NCBI GenBank assembly: GCA_964444085.1
Contig: CAYUGC010000001.1
Coordinates: 9,857-73,856, forward strand
Direction of reading: 5' to 3'
Source of the DNA: an uncultured Bifidobacteriaceae bacterium
GTDB lineage: Bacteria; Verrucomicrobiota; Verrucomicrobiia; Limisphaerales; UBA11358
DNA: 64,000 nucleotides
In this document: positions 45,801 through 52,459 of the stretch, piece by piece
Layout: each line of letters starts with the position of its first letter
Numbering within the stretch: position 1 is the stretch's first letter
The notes under the pieces: generated by a model
The model's database searches: none
The model's input: the letters and a program-made list of their open reading frames with translations, nothing else
What the model was told of the DNA's origin: nothing
Made by a program: the position numbers and the translations under genes

Positions 45801-47032
45801 AGGGGACACCGCCCACCGTCACGGAACTGCGGGAACATCTGCTCCAGCGGCTGCCCGACTACATGGTGCCCGCCATGTTCGTCACGCTGGAAGCGCTGCC
45901 GTTGACCGCCCACGGCAAGGTGGATCGCAACGCCCTGCCCACACCAGACTCCCGCCTCGAATCCGGTGCCGAGTTCACCGCCCCGCGCAATCCCACCGAA
46001 ACCAAACTTGCCGCCTTGTGGCAGGAACTCCTCGGCCTGAAGCAGATCAGCATCCACGACAACTTCTTCGCCCTCGGCGGCCATTCTCTGCTCGCGGTGA
46101 GGCTGGTCAATGAAATCAAGCGACAGATGTCTTTTGATCTGCCGATTCGAATGGTGTTCCAGCATCCGACGATTCAGGAATTGGCCAAAGTGTTGCCAGA
46201 GCAAAAAAACACCGCCCGCCGGCCCGAATTGATCCAGCTCCAGCCAGGCACCGCTGGCCCGGAGCTTTTTTTCCTGATTGATGAAGGCAGCCTCGGCCTG
46301 CTTAAGCTCGCGCATTTTCTCAACAAAGACCTGCGCCTGTATGCCTCAGTGGTGCCGATTCCCGAAACCACGTTGCGCGCGGCGGCGAAAAAAGACCTTT
46401 CTGCGCTGCCCCGCATGGAGGAGTGGGCGGCGAAACACGTTGCCCTCATCCGCAGCCGCAAAATCACCGGGCCCATCCGTCTCGCGGGCCATTGTTTCGG
46501 CGGGATGCTCGCCTTTGAGGTTGCCCGGCAGTTGCAGGCCGCCGGCGTCCGGGTGGAAACCGTATTGCTGCTCGACACCTGGATGATGATGCCGACTTTC
46601 TGGGGCGTGAAAAAGGCGTGGGTGAGCGAGCACTTCGGTAAACTTTTCCGGCAAGGCCCGAAATATCTCTGGCGCAAAAGCCGCCGCCGGATTGACATCG
46701 AAAAAAAGGAGCTGACCTCCCGCTTCGACCTCGCCTTCAGCGACGATTTCAACGTGCAAATCCCATGGGCCATCATCGCCCGGATTTACCGGCACGCCTT
46801 GCAGGGCTACCGGCCGGAGCCGCTGGCAACGCGGGGAATATTGTTCATCTCGCAGGACGACTGGATATCAAACGCCTTTCGCCCACAGGACAATACGCTC
46901 GGTGCCCGCCGCGTTTTTGGCGGCGGCGTGACGGTCGTGGATGTGCCCGGCAACCATGTGACCGTCCTGCAGGAAACCCACCTGCCGGCTCTCGCCGAAC
47001 ACTACAACCGGAATTTGAAGCCATCACCATGA
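38021..47032 (+). CDS. Three-module non-ribosomal peptide synthetase (A-T-C-A-T-C-A-T-TE)
   Basis: Three sets of adenylation core motifs (YTSGSTGTPKG / FTSGSTGLPKG / YTSGSTGQPKG; YGITE / YGPTE / YGPTE; GELxIGG; A10 Lys at aa 520, 1584, 2633). Three carrier motifs FFALGGHSLL (Ser 578, 1642, 2689). Two condensation His motifs (HHAIVDEWS at aa 770, HHIVFDGWS at aa 1833). C-terminal alpha/beta-hydrolase thioesterase with GHCFGG. Confidence 0.95.
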   Translation: MHEPLKNGSVPLLASQPASANAFPPGKCLHEWFEVQSACTPDATALTFEQQHLTYRQLNERANQLAHHLRQLGVKPETLVGLFVERSLDLLVGLLGILKAGGAYVPMDPQYPQARLAFMMQDAGAAVIVTQENLAAQHPMPNAKLVCLDTDWPTIASEPKTNPANFTKPENLAYVIYTSGSTGTPKGSLISHHNVVRLFQATENWFHFNQGDVWTLFHSSAFDFSVWEIWGALLYGGRLVVVPFHTSRSPEIFRRLLCDEKVTVLNQTPSAFRQLLHADELAPAGEKLSLRYVIFGGEALDFKSLKPWFNRHGDEQPQLVNMYGITETTVHVTYRPIRAADTDSSSVIGVPIPDLQIYLLDENRQPVPDGTPGEICVGGTGVGRGYFNRPDLTAKKFISDPFSANSDNLLYCSGDLGRYLPNGDLEYLGRIDQQVKVRGFRIELGEIETVLSQHPSLRDSVVIARDDQLGEKQLVAYVVPKDKAPTVMELRAHLMQRLPDYMVPAAFVTLDVLPLTEHGKLNRQALIQQEEAVALATGVTYQAPRTELEWKLVEIWQGALQREGIGIRDDFFALGGHSLLVFTVISRIAGTLKLQLPVSMLFEHRTIETLARQIEADRSTLDKAPPLPRADRTQPLPMSVGQQQLWLVQQTLPDPATYNEPVVYHLLGSVAVACLKKSLEAIWERHEVLRTALVQEGESLVQKIFPAKMLDLPWEELDLRAVPASERQVAMERHLMEVSRRPFDLAQAPLWRVLWMTLANHEHQLAVIFHHAIVDEWSERLFFDEWRRLYAAEADPAKAGLAELPVQYADYAAWQRSRLTDEFLRRERAYWLQQLQNMPPPLKLPGDQSAGGRRSGRGGTYRFELSGPVAENLRSWAQQEGVTNFAWMLAAFQAWLYRFTGQADLVVGSPVTNREQPETQSLFGYFLNTLPLRIRVEKQESLRAFARRVGKMVQAGLEHKALPFEQMVAMVAPEPAGVRGPIYQVMFVLLEQGLPPWKPAGIEARQIDADTRTSKNDLTLFVEAEGAVWKCALEYAAEVFTEEAAARTAIYLQEWFASLAANPDGMIECLNLLPAAERRKIQMEWNATARGYPPDKCVHELFEEQVERTPEAIALEFEGQSLTYRELNQHANQLSRHLKKLGVGPETLVGLCVERSPAMVVGLLGILKAGGAYVPLDPDYPKARLDWLLKNAAIKWLITQTHLASRFSPAQNQNLICLDQASFNEPKDNLKVHGSPKNLAYVLFTSGSTGLPKGVAMEHGSLVNLLCWQVQQAPAPQRTLQFASVCFDVSFQEIFSTLINGGTLVLVNPAVRSNPAELFEFIQARRLERLFLPVVMLQELAEAAQQSSGAAVNLRDVITAGEQLRITPSIRRFFARHTACFLHNHYGPTESHVVTALPLPKNPSDWPELPAIGRPIFNTTIYLLDTELQPVPIGLAGELYIGGAGVARGYLNRPDLTAERFIPDPFSAKPEARLYKTGDLCRYLPDGNIEFLGRIDQQVKIRGFRVELGEIEAVLGTHPQVAGCAVVAQQNGGGIFLTAYVVTRAVAPLTGPVLREWLREKLPDYMVPARFATLPALPLTPNGKLDRQALGRLENTVELAASETYQAPRTELERKLVEIWQGLLGRESIGIHDNFFALGGHSLLAVRLVFRIQEAFGVSLPVKLVSECPTIAELSEALARQSPVKTISIPRRPRKVVGEPARYPASFSQEQLWFIDQLEPDSAVYNVPLALRLRGGLDQTRLTQSLNRVIARHEALRTIFAAEQGVPVQVVRPELKLPLAVTDLSGQPDPEVEAQRLMLQSAGKPFDLQRGPLVRAELFTLEAEDQILLLTIHHIVFDGWSIDVLLKDLAAGYAGEKLLPASLQYGDFAAWQRAHLTTQKVEQHLAYWREHLAGVPTVLELPTDQPRSGGSQRGAQHYFTLPLELTAQLRALAQQHNTTLFTTLLAAFQTLLHRFSGQQSILVGSPISGRLLNESENSIGFFVNMLPLKADFSGNPAFSNLLQQVHQNVWAAQSHQELPFERLVAELQPQRDPNRNPLFQAAFIFEVATPLLPQIPGLKLELEQVRTPTVKFDLTLTLAEKGGGLQCLWEYAAGTFGTETISRWSKYFETLLVSLVTNPDCLINDLDLLPAGERSLLLGEWSATAGEYARGASVAGLFVEQVKLRPSAVALSWSGGQLSYGELNERANQLAHHLRSLGVGLETPVGVLLSRSVDYVVSVLAILKAGGAYVPLDLEYPVERLKFMLADSGCKVVITAQDFKLSGATELNLATAAPSIAGCPKANLDLVSTAESLAYVIYTSGSTGQPKGVAIPQRGVVRLVRGQTYASFDSSQRFLLLAATAFDASTFELWAPLLNGGVCVLYPEALADYAHLEQVIREQNVTCLWLTAGLFNQIMDVRPSVLQTIKQVLAGGETLSVAHVRKALKLLPHLRLTNGYGPTESTTFACTYDLPPHFTGASVPIGRPLANTQCYVLDAQLQPVPVGVPGELYLGGDGLARGYLNRPELTAEKFIPNPFDAKNATRLYRTGDRVRWRAGGNLEFLGRLDNQVKLRGFRIELGEIESVLNGQAGVRASVVVARDNQLGEKQLVAYVVPKGTPPTVTELREHLLQRLPDYMVPAMFVTLEALPLTAHGKVDRNALPTPDSRLESGAEFTAPRNPTETKLAALWQELLGLKQISIHDNFFALGGHSLLAVRLVNEIKRQMSFDLPIRMVFQHPTIQELAKVLPEQKNTARRPELIQLQPGTAGPELFFLIDEGSLGLLKLAHFLNKDLRLYASVVPIPETTLRAAAKKDLSALPRMEEWAAKHVALIRSRKITGPIRLAGHCFGGMLAFEVARQLQAAGVRVETVLLLDTWMMMPTFWGVKKAWVSEHFGKLFRQGPKYLWRKSRRRIDIEKKELTSRFDLAFSDDFNVQIPWAIIARIYRHALQGYRPEPLATRGILFISQDDWISNAFRPQDNTLGARRVFGGGVTVVDVPGNHVTVLQETHLPALAEHYNRNLKPSP
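39920..43076 (+). other. NRPS module 2 (C-A-T); hand-read code DVQFIAHVVK (Pro-like)
   Basis: Code residues read from FDVSFQ, LFLPVV, VITAGE, NHYGPTESHVV and K1584. One position differs from the canonical Pro code DVQLIAHVVK. Boundaries approximate. Confidence 0.65.
43126..46211 (+). other. NRPS module 3 (C-A-T); hand-read code DAFWLGGTFK (Val)
   Basis: Code residues read from FDASTF, LWLTAG, VLAGGE, NGYGPTESTTF and K2633. Boundaries approximate. Confidence 0.7.
46222..47029 (+). other. NRPS thioesterase domain with Cys in the nucleophile-elbow position
   Basis: GxSxG position reads G-H-C-F-G (codon tgt at 46493-46495, aa 2825). Candidate catalytic His in VDVPGNHVTVL near the C-terminus. 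Confidence 0.75.
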
Positions 47033-47778
47033 GCGCGCCGCCGCCGGCCGTCTGGCGCAAAATTTCCAAAATCCCGCCCGTCGCCCCGGCGGAAATTCAC
47101 GTCTGGCGGATTAACCTCCTCTGCCCGCTGGCAGAAATCGCGCGGCTGCAAAATGTTTTATCCGCCGCCGAAAAAAAACAGTCAGCGCGCTATCATTTCG
47201 CCCATGACCAGAGGCGTTTCATCGTTCGCCGCGCCGTTTTGCGGCAATTGCTGGCCGCCCAGCTTGGCCTGCATCCGGAAGAAATCAAAATTGATTCCGC
47301 CAATTTTCAAAAACCAAAAATTGCCGCTACGCAAAATTCTGACGGACTGCGGTTCAGCTCCAGCCACTCCGCCGACTGGGCGCTGATTGCCCTCGCGCAA
47401 AATCGCGAGGTGGGCGTGGATGTGGAACAGCACCGGCCCCTGCCCGACGCCGGTGACCTGGTGCGGAATTCTTTCTCGGATTTTGAAATCGCCGAATTTG
47501 AGCGCCTGCCCGAACCGGCGCGAACGGAAGGATTTTTCAACTGCTGGACGCGCAAGGAGGCGTTCGTGAAAGCCATCGGCCTCGGGCTGGCGTATTCGCT
47601 CAAAAAATTTTCCGTCACGCTGGCACCGGGTCGGCCCGCCGCGCTGGTGGACGTGGCCGGCGATTCCGTCGCGCGCAAAAAATGGCTCATGGCTTCCCTG
47701 AACGTTGCGCCCGCCCACTCAGCGGCGCTGTTTTTTGAGGCCGGGCCATCGGCCATCCGCTGTTTTGCATGGCATTGA
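47029..47778 (+). CDS. Sfp-type 4'-phosphopantetheinyl transferase
   Basis: ATGA overlap with the NRPS stop. Motifs GVDVEQH and FFNCWTRKEAFVKAIG (W/F-x2-KEA-x2-K). Confidence 0.85.
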   Translation: MSAPPPAVWRKISKIPPVAPAEIHVWRINLLCPLAEIARLQNVLSAAEKKQSARYHFAHDQRRFIVRRAVLRQLLAAQLGLHPEEIKIDSANFQKPKIAATQNSDGLRFSSSHSADWALIALAQNREVGVDVEQHRPLPDAGDLVRNSFSDFEIAEFERLPEPARTEGFFNCWTRKEAFVKAIGLGLAYSLKKFSVTLAPGRPAALVDVAGDSVARKKWLMASLNVAPAHSAALFFEAGPSAIRCFAWH

Positions 47779-47910
47779 TGGTTGTTGGTATCGTCAATCG
47801 CGCCAGAAGGATTGTCCGGTTGCATTTGGAGCGTGGCATCAATGAAAGCATGTGTTTGAGAGTGCTGAAGAACCGCGTGACCGTCAGCCACATTCGGAAC
47901 ACTTTGAACT

Positions 47911-48633
47911 TCAGCGCAGAACGAGGCGTTGTGTTTTCAGCCAGCGTTCCGCCGTTAAATAATCCGGGCATAAACGCTCCACTTCTAGCCAAAATTGGTC
48001 GGAATGATTCATCTGCCGGCGGTGTGCCAGTTCATGCAAAATGATATAGTCCCGCACAAAATCTGGCGTCTGAATCAACCGCCAGTTCAATGAAATCGTG
48101 CCCCTCCTCGAACAGGAGCCCCACCGCGACTTCTGGTTTCTGACTGACACGCGCGAAATTTTAATGCCGTGAAGTGCTGCCAGCTCCATGACTTTCACCG
48201 GAAGTTCTTGTTGGGCGAGTTTACGGAGATGCTTTTGAATCGCCGGCCTCAAATCCACAGACACATTGCGGAGGGTTAAAAACTCTGGGCCAAATCGAAT
48301 CTGGCCCGCTGTCTCAATCTCAATCTTGACCCGCTCGCCCCGAAAATAAATCTCGGTTCCCAGCTTCCATTCATTCGAGGTTTTGGGCTGCGATTCCAAC
48401 TTCTGAATTTGATGTTCCAGCCAGCCGATGTTTCTGGCTAAAAAATCTTTGGCCGTGGATATTGAGCCACTTCTAGGAACCGTGACCCGAGCAACCCCGT
48501 CAGGCCGTAAACGAAGCAGATAACGACGTGCTTTGGGATTATGCACGAACAATAGCGGCACCGACCTTGTGCCGATTTGAACGGTGTCGGGCTGGGGCAG
48601 GTCGGGTTTTAATCGGAAGAAACGGTCAAACAT
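47911..48633 (-). CDS. YgjP-like (DUF45 / SprT-like) zinc metallopeptidase
   Basis: HELAHRRQMNHSDQFW zinc-binding block, preceded by WGSCSRRGTISLNWRL. Confidence 0.75.
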   Translation of the reverse strand: MFDRFFRLKPDLPQPDTVQIGTRSVPLLFVHNPKARRYLLRLRPDGVARVTVPRSGSISTAKDFLARNIGWLEHQIQKLESQPKTSNEWKLGTEIYFRGERVKIEIETAGQIRFGPEFLTLRNVSVDLRPAIQKHLRKLAQQELPVKVMELAALHGIKISRVSVRNQKSRWGSCSRRGTISLNWRLIQTPDFVRDYIILHELAHRRQMNHSDQFWLEVERLCPDYLTAERWLKTQRLVLR

Positions 48634-48654
48634 TCGTGAACGTCTTTCCCTCCA

Positions 48655-49218
48655 TTAAAGCAAAGATTTGACCACGGTTTGATGGAGCAGATTTTTAACT
48701 TCAATTCGCTCCGGGATGACATTTTTTTGAACAAGTGTTTTAAGAACGGCGTTGAGCCATTCACGAGACACCTCAATTGTGCCAAGCTCGAACTCTGGAA
48801 TTTTGCCCTCTTCCTGCAAAAGCCGAAAGTTTGAAAGCCTGATTTGGATACCCTCCTTCTCCCCTTTCAAATCAAGTTCCGCGCTGATGATCCGGTTTTC
48901 TTTGTCGATTTCCAGCGCAGTCATCTTCCCATATTTCTTTAAAACGCCGCTGTTGATTTCTGCTCTGATTTTTTGAATTTGCGCCCCCCTCGGCAACATC
49001 CTGAAAAAGATAATTTTAAGCGTATCCACCAATCCGTCGCTGGCTTTGAATAAGTCCGAAAATTGCATGGGGTCCAATATGGATGTGGCTAGGGTTTGCG
49101 GCAAGTCTCCCATTTGTGAGAACACCGATGCCAACACTGGAAATGGAACCCCGTTGGCGGTTGAATATGTTTTCGGTGCCAAGCAAATCACGCGAATGAG
49201 AGATGCTTGGATGGTCAT
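48655..49218 (-). CDS. Hypothetical protein
   Basis: ORF in the lower-GC stretch. No recognisable motif. Alternative starts at Met36 or Met51 are possible. Confidence 0.35.
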   Translation of the reverse strand: MTIQASLIRVICLAPKTYSTANGVPFPVLASVFSQMGDLPQTLATSILDPMQFSDLFKASDGLVDTLKIIFFRMLPRGAQIQKIRAEINSGVLKKYGKMTALEIDKENRIISAELDLKGEKEGIQIRLSNFRLLQEEGKIPEFELGTIEVSREWLNAVLKTLVQKNVIPERIEVKNLLHQTVVKSLL

Positions 49219-49595
49219 GGATGCGGGCGGGCGTCAGACACAATTCAATTTGTTTTACGACCTCCCTCAACCCGGCCAAGTTCAAACCTTCACCTGGCCT
49301 GTGGCCACAGCCGCGCTTGTTTCGATGAGATACATCTCGTCGTCAGCAAGCGGTTTGCGGCTCCATTCTACATCCTCAATCTTCAACCCTCGCTTTGCCA
49401 TTTGCGTCTTCTGTGCCTTTTTGCGGCTATAAATCCGTGCCCATTCGTGGTTAAAAGTTGATTCGTCGTGGTCGGGACGGTGCCAGCCCTGCGCCGTCCG
49501 CTGTCAGGCGCTTCCCCGTCTTCCGCCGGACGGCTTACGTCCGTTGCGGGATGCCTCCCCGCGCGCCGGTTAGTGTCTCTGTATCTGCAACTGCC

Positions 49596-49715
49596 TTTCG
49601 GGTTCATGGAGTACCGACAACCTATGTTCTCGACCAGCAAGGGAAAGTCGTGTGGGCAGGCCATCCCTCAGGTATGACATTTGTGAAAGTGGTGGCGGGC
49701 CTTTTGAAGCCATAA
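49596..49715 (+). pseudogene. Remnant of the C-terminus of a TlpA/ResA-like thioredoxin-fold protein
   Basis: Translation FRVHGVPTTYVLDQQGKVVWAGHPSG resembles the V-x-G-x-PT-x-x-x-ID-x-x-G-K-I-V end of TlpA-family proteins. No CxxC-bearing N-terminal part is present upstream in frame. Confidence 0.35.
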
Positions 49716-49735
49716 ACCAGTCCCAATCATTTACA

Positions 49736-50194
49736 TCAGTATTTAGTCCCCAAACTTACCAGATGCTCTTCAAAATACCCGGCCAGATTCATAATGGTCC
49801 CAAGCTGTAGTTTTGCGGGTGAGTCTGGTTTTTGGTGGATGTCCTCCGGTTCTCCCAATTCTCTCCAAGCTCCGGTTCTGGTGTCATTGAGGATCTGCAA
49901 CAAAATCTCTTTGTATTCCGGCTTCAACTTTAGCGCCCAGATTCCAGCTTTTTCACTTAAGCATTCCTTCGCCAATTTTTCCGCCGCCTTTTTCAACTCA
50001 CCCCGATGCTGTGTCAAAGATATGTTCAACAGATTCTCCCGGTCAAACGACTCCGCATCATGGTTTCCCTTCGACATCCTGGCCGGAAGCAGCTTTGTGA
50101 ACGGGAAATTTGTGAGCAGGGCCTTCAGCACCTCTGCCTCTTTTTGCTGAAGTTCGTATTCCCATCGATCACCTGTCTGGTTAAGCAATTTCAT
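49736..50194 (-). CDS. Small ClpS-coupled protein (possibly DUF2017-like)
   Basis: ATGA overlap with the clpS stop. Helical, acidic. ILNDTRTGAWRELG and NLAGYFEEHLVSL resemble, from memory, the ClpS-neighbour family DUF2017. This assignment is tentative. Confidence 0.4.
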   Translation of the reverse strand: MKLLNQTGDRWEYELQQKEAEVLKALLTNFPFTKLLPARMSKGNHDAESFDRENLLNISLTQHRGELKKAAEKLAKECLSEKAGIWALKLKPEYKEILLQILNDTRTGAWRELGEPEDIHQKPDSPAKLQLGTIMNLAGYFEEHLVSLGTKY

Positions 50195-50493
50195 TCCGCC
50201 GGCTCCATTGTTGCCTGAAGTTTGTATTTATGGAGCTGGTGAACGTAAAACTCGGCCTTCTCCGCACCTTCCCTGGTCAGCACACTCTTTCCTTTTTCAT
50301 GCACCTCCATCATGTGTTTTTCCGCCTTCTGCCTGTTCCAACCAAAGATTTTCATGAAGACGTGGGTGACATAAACCATCAGATTCACGGGGTCGTTCCA
50401 ACAGATGACATAAAAGGTGGGTGCCAGATCATCGTCGGACTCGGGCTTTTTCCTGAGGACCGGTTTCGTGACTGGTTCTAAAACGGTCGGCAT
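50191..50493 (-). CDS. clpS: ATP-dependent Clp protease adaptor ClpS
   Basis: FYVICWNDPVNLMVYVTHVFMKIFGWNRQKAEKHMMEVHEKGKSVL matches the ClpS core. About 100 aa. Confidence 0.8.
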   Translation of the reverse strand: MPTVLEPVTKPVLRKKPESDDDLAPTFYVICWNDPVNLMVYVTHVFMKIFGWNRQKAEKHMMEVHEKGKSVLTREGAEKAEFYVHQLHKYKLQATMEPAE

Positions 50494-50495
50494 TA

Positions 50496-51836
50496 TTATG
50501 CAAGTTTCGCAAGCTTTTCACGAACGTAATCAATATGGCCGCGCAGCACATAAAACCGGTCGGCAAACGATGCTGGCACCTTGATCCGTTTCACCGCCTT
50601 TTCAATCTCATCCAGCCGTTCGTGCATTTCCTTCCGTTTGGCCGGCGTTATTTCCCGGACAAGCTCCCGCTCCAGCACCAGCAACGCGCGATACCACCGG
50701 TAAAGGCGCAACTGGATCCGCCATTTATAGGTCGCCGGAATCAACCGCAGGCCGGGGATCAGCACCAGCATCATCGGAATAAAAGCCACGAGGATGCGGT
50801 TGGCCAGGCTTGCAATCCAGAACGGAAGCTCGCGATACAAGAACGTCTTGCCGGACTTGTAGTAACGGCTGGCATCCGGGCTAATCCTAAATTCATGTTC
50901 TTTTGGATTGGGGAACTCACCCTGATTTTGGAGCATGCTGGCGTTCCCATGAACTTCGCGGGCCGCTTCCAGCAATAAATCTGACACCGCCGCATTCAAC
51001 TTTGGCCGGGCCACGAGTTCCACGGTCGGTCCGATGAGCCAAACATCTTGCCCCGGCAGGTTTTTGCCGAAATCGATGAAACCTTCTGGCAGGCGCAGCT
51101 TGTTCAAATAGTTGAACCGCCGGGTGTAGGCGTCTGCCTGTTCAAAACTTAATAGCTGAATTCCTGGTGACCGCAGCAACATTCGCATGGTTTGTGACGA
51201 GGCTGAATCGCTCATCATAAACACCGCGTCAACGGTTCCGGCCAACAGCTGCTTCGCGGCGGCGTTCGCATCCAAATCCAGCAACTGGGTTATTCCATCA
51301 GCGGTGAGGCCGTTCGTCTGGAGCAAGGTCAAGGCTAGCGAATGGGTTCCACTCCCAACCGAACCGATGGCCAGCTGCTTCCCAGCCAGCCCAGACAGCA
51401 GGCTTATGTTTGTATTGCCACGGTAGAATATGAGCAGCGGTTCGTAGGCGATGTTTCCGAGCGAAATCAAATTCTGGGTGTTTGTGCCATCCGCCACACC
51501 GCCCTGAACGAAGCCGACATCCACCCGTGAGGTGGGGGCTTCCAAGCGCTGAAGGTTTTCCAGCGAGCCTTGCGAGGGAATGATTTCCAACGTCACGCCA
51601 TTGCGGGCGAGAATGTCCCGATACTTTTCGGCATTTCTTTCGAAGGTGCTTCCCGGCGGGCCGCTGGTGATGGTGAGGATGCGTGGCGGGGCCGAATGAA
51701 TGAACCAGTAAATCGCAAAGCAGCTGATGAGGCTGATAAAGCAGACCACGATAAGCGACAGGCTCCAACTCAGCCCAAAATTCTCCGTGAAGATGGCCAC
51801 GATCCGGGACAGGCTGAATTTGCGTTCGGTTTTCAT
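50496..51836 (-). CDS. TAXI-family (TRAP-type) solute-binding-like protein with N- and C-terminal TM segments
   Basis: LTITSGPPGSTFERNAEKY...IIPSQGSLENLQRL...VDVGFVQGGVA resembles TAXI receptors. C-terminal TM helices and a coiled tail. Start moved to the internal ATG (MKTERKF). Confidence 0.6.
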   Translation of the reverse strand: MKTERKFSLSRIVAIFTENFGLSWSLSLIVVCFISLISCFAIYWFIHSAPPRILTITSGPPGSTFERNAEKYRDILARNGVTLEIIPSQGSLENLQRLEAPTSRVDVGFVQGGVADGTNTQNLISLGNIAYEPLLIFYRGNTNISLLSGLAGKQLAIGSVGSGTHSLALTLLQTNGLTADGITQLLDLDANAAAKQLLAGTVDAVFMMSDSASSQTMRMLLRSPGIQLLSFEQADAYTRRFNYLNKLRLPEGFIDFGKNLPGQDVWLIGPTVELVARPKLNAAVSDLLLEAAREVHGNASMLQNQGEFPNPKEHEFRISPDASRYYKSGKTFLYRELPFWIASLANRILVAFIPMMLVLIPGLRLIPATYKWRIQLRLYRWYRALLVLERELVREITPAKRKEMHERLDEIEKAVKRIKVPASFADRFYVLRGHIDYVREKLAKLA

Positions 51837-52024
51837 GCAACCATTTTCAATCACAATAACAACACCGGCAGGATAATGGTTTTGCCAAGCATCGCAATCA
51901 ATCACCATCAAGCCATCCAAATCGGATTGAGCGTCGTTGAACTTGTCCAAATTCTAGGGCAATCCCTCATCATGGACATCGATCTGACTGGGTTCTCTGC
52001 CAACAAAGACATGCGCTTTTCGAT

Positions 52025-52348
52025 TTGTTAATTCTGGCCATGTATGCTGATGGACACCTTTCATCGGCTAAAGATGAACAATTGCAGAAATTGTTGGCTG
52101 GAATGGGATTTGTTGAGGAACCAGATAGCCAACGTGAATTTGATGCGGCTGTGACCAGGATCAGGCCCAGCATTCAATCCATTCACAAAGCCAAGGAGCT
52201 GGCTTTGGGTTTGGCTGATGAATTCACCGCTCGTCCGCAACACAAGCAGGTATTTGCAGCCGTAGAGCAGATTATGACCTTTGACAACAACATCAGCACT
52301 TTGGAAAACACATTGCTGATGGAACTGCGGATGAAATTCAGGTTGTGA
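52025..52348 (+). CDS. TerB-like small protein (possibly frameshifted at its 5' end)
   Basis: LILAMYADGHLSSAKDEQL and a second half FDNNISTLENTLLMEL fit the two-repeat ADG-x-E pattern of TerB-family proteins. Only a TTG start is available. The upstream ORF end MDIDLTGFSANKDMRFSIC lies in the adjacent frame. Confidence 0.35.
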   Translation: MLILAMYADGHLSSAKDEQLQKLLAGMGFVEEPDSQREFDAAVTRIRPSIQSIHKAKELALGLADEFTARPQHKQVFAAVEQIMTFDNNISTLENTLLMELRMKFRL

Positions 52349-52459
52349 ATGGGAAGTGCGGTTTCCTCATTAAAACCAGCAGTTTTATCTTGGTGAATGC
52401 TTTTGAACTAGCTTTAATGGGCCTGCGGTAAACATTCATACAAATAACACAATAAAATC

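Noticed and set aside
38021-47032. Apparent GC heterogeneity between NRPS modules as evidence for module swapping.
   Set aside because: Hand counts of individual 60-nt lines ranged from 45% to 78% within every module, with no consistent module-level trend. A computed sliding window is needed before claiming anything.
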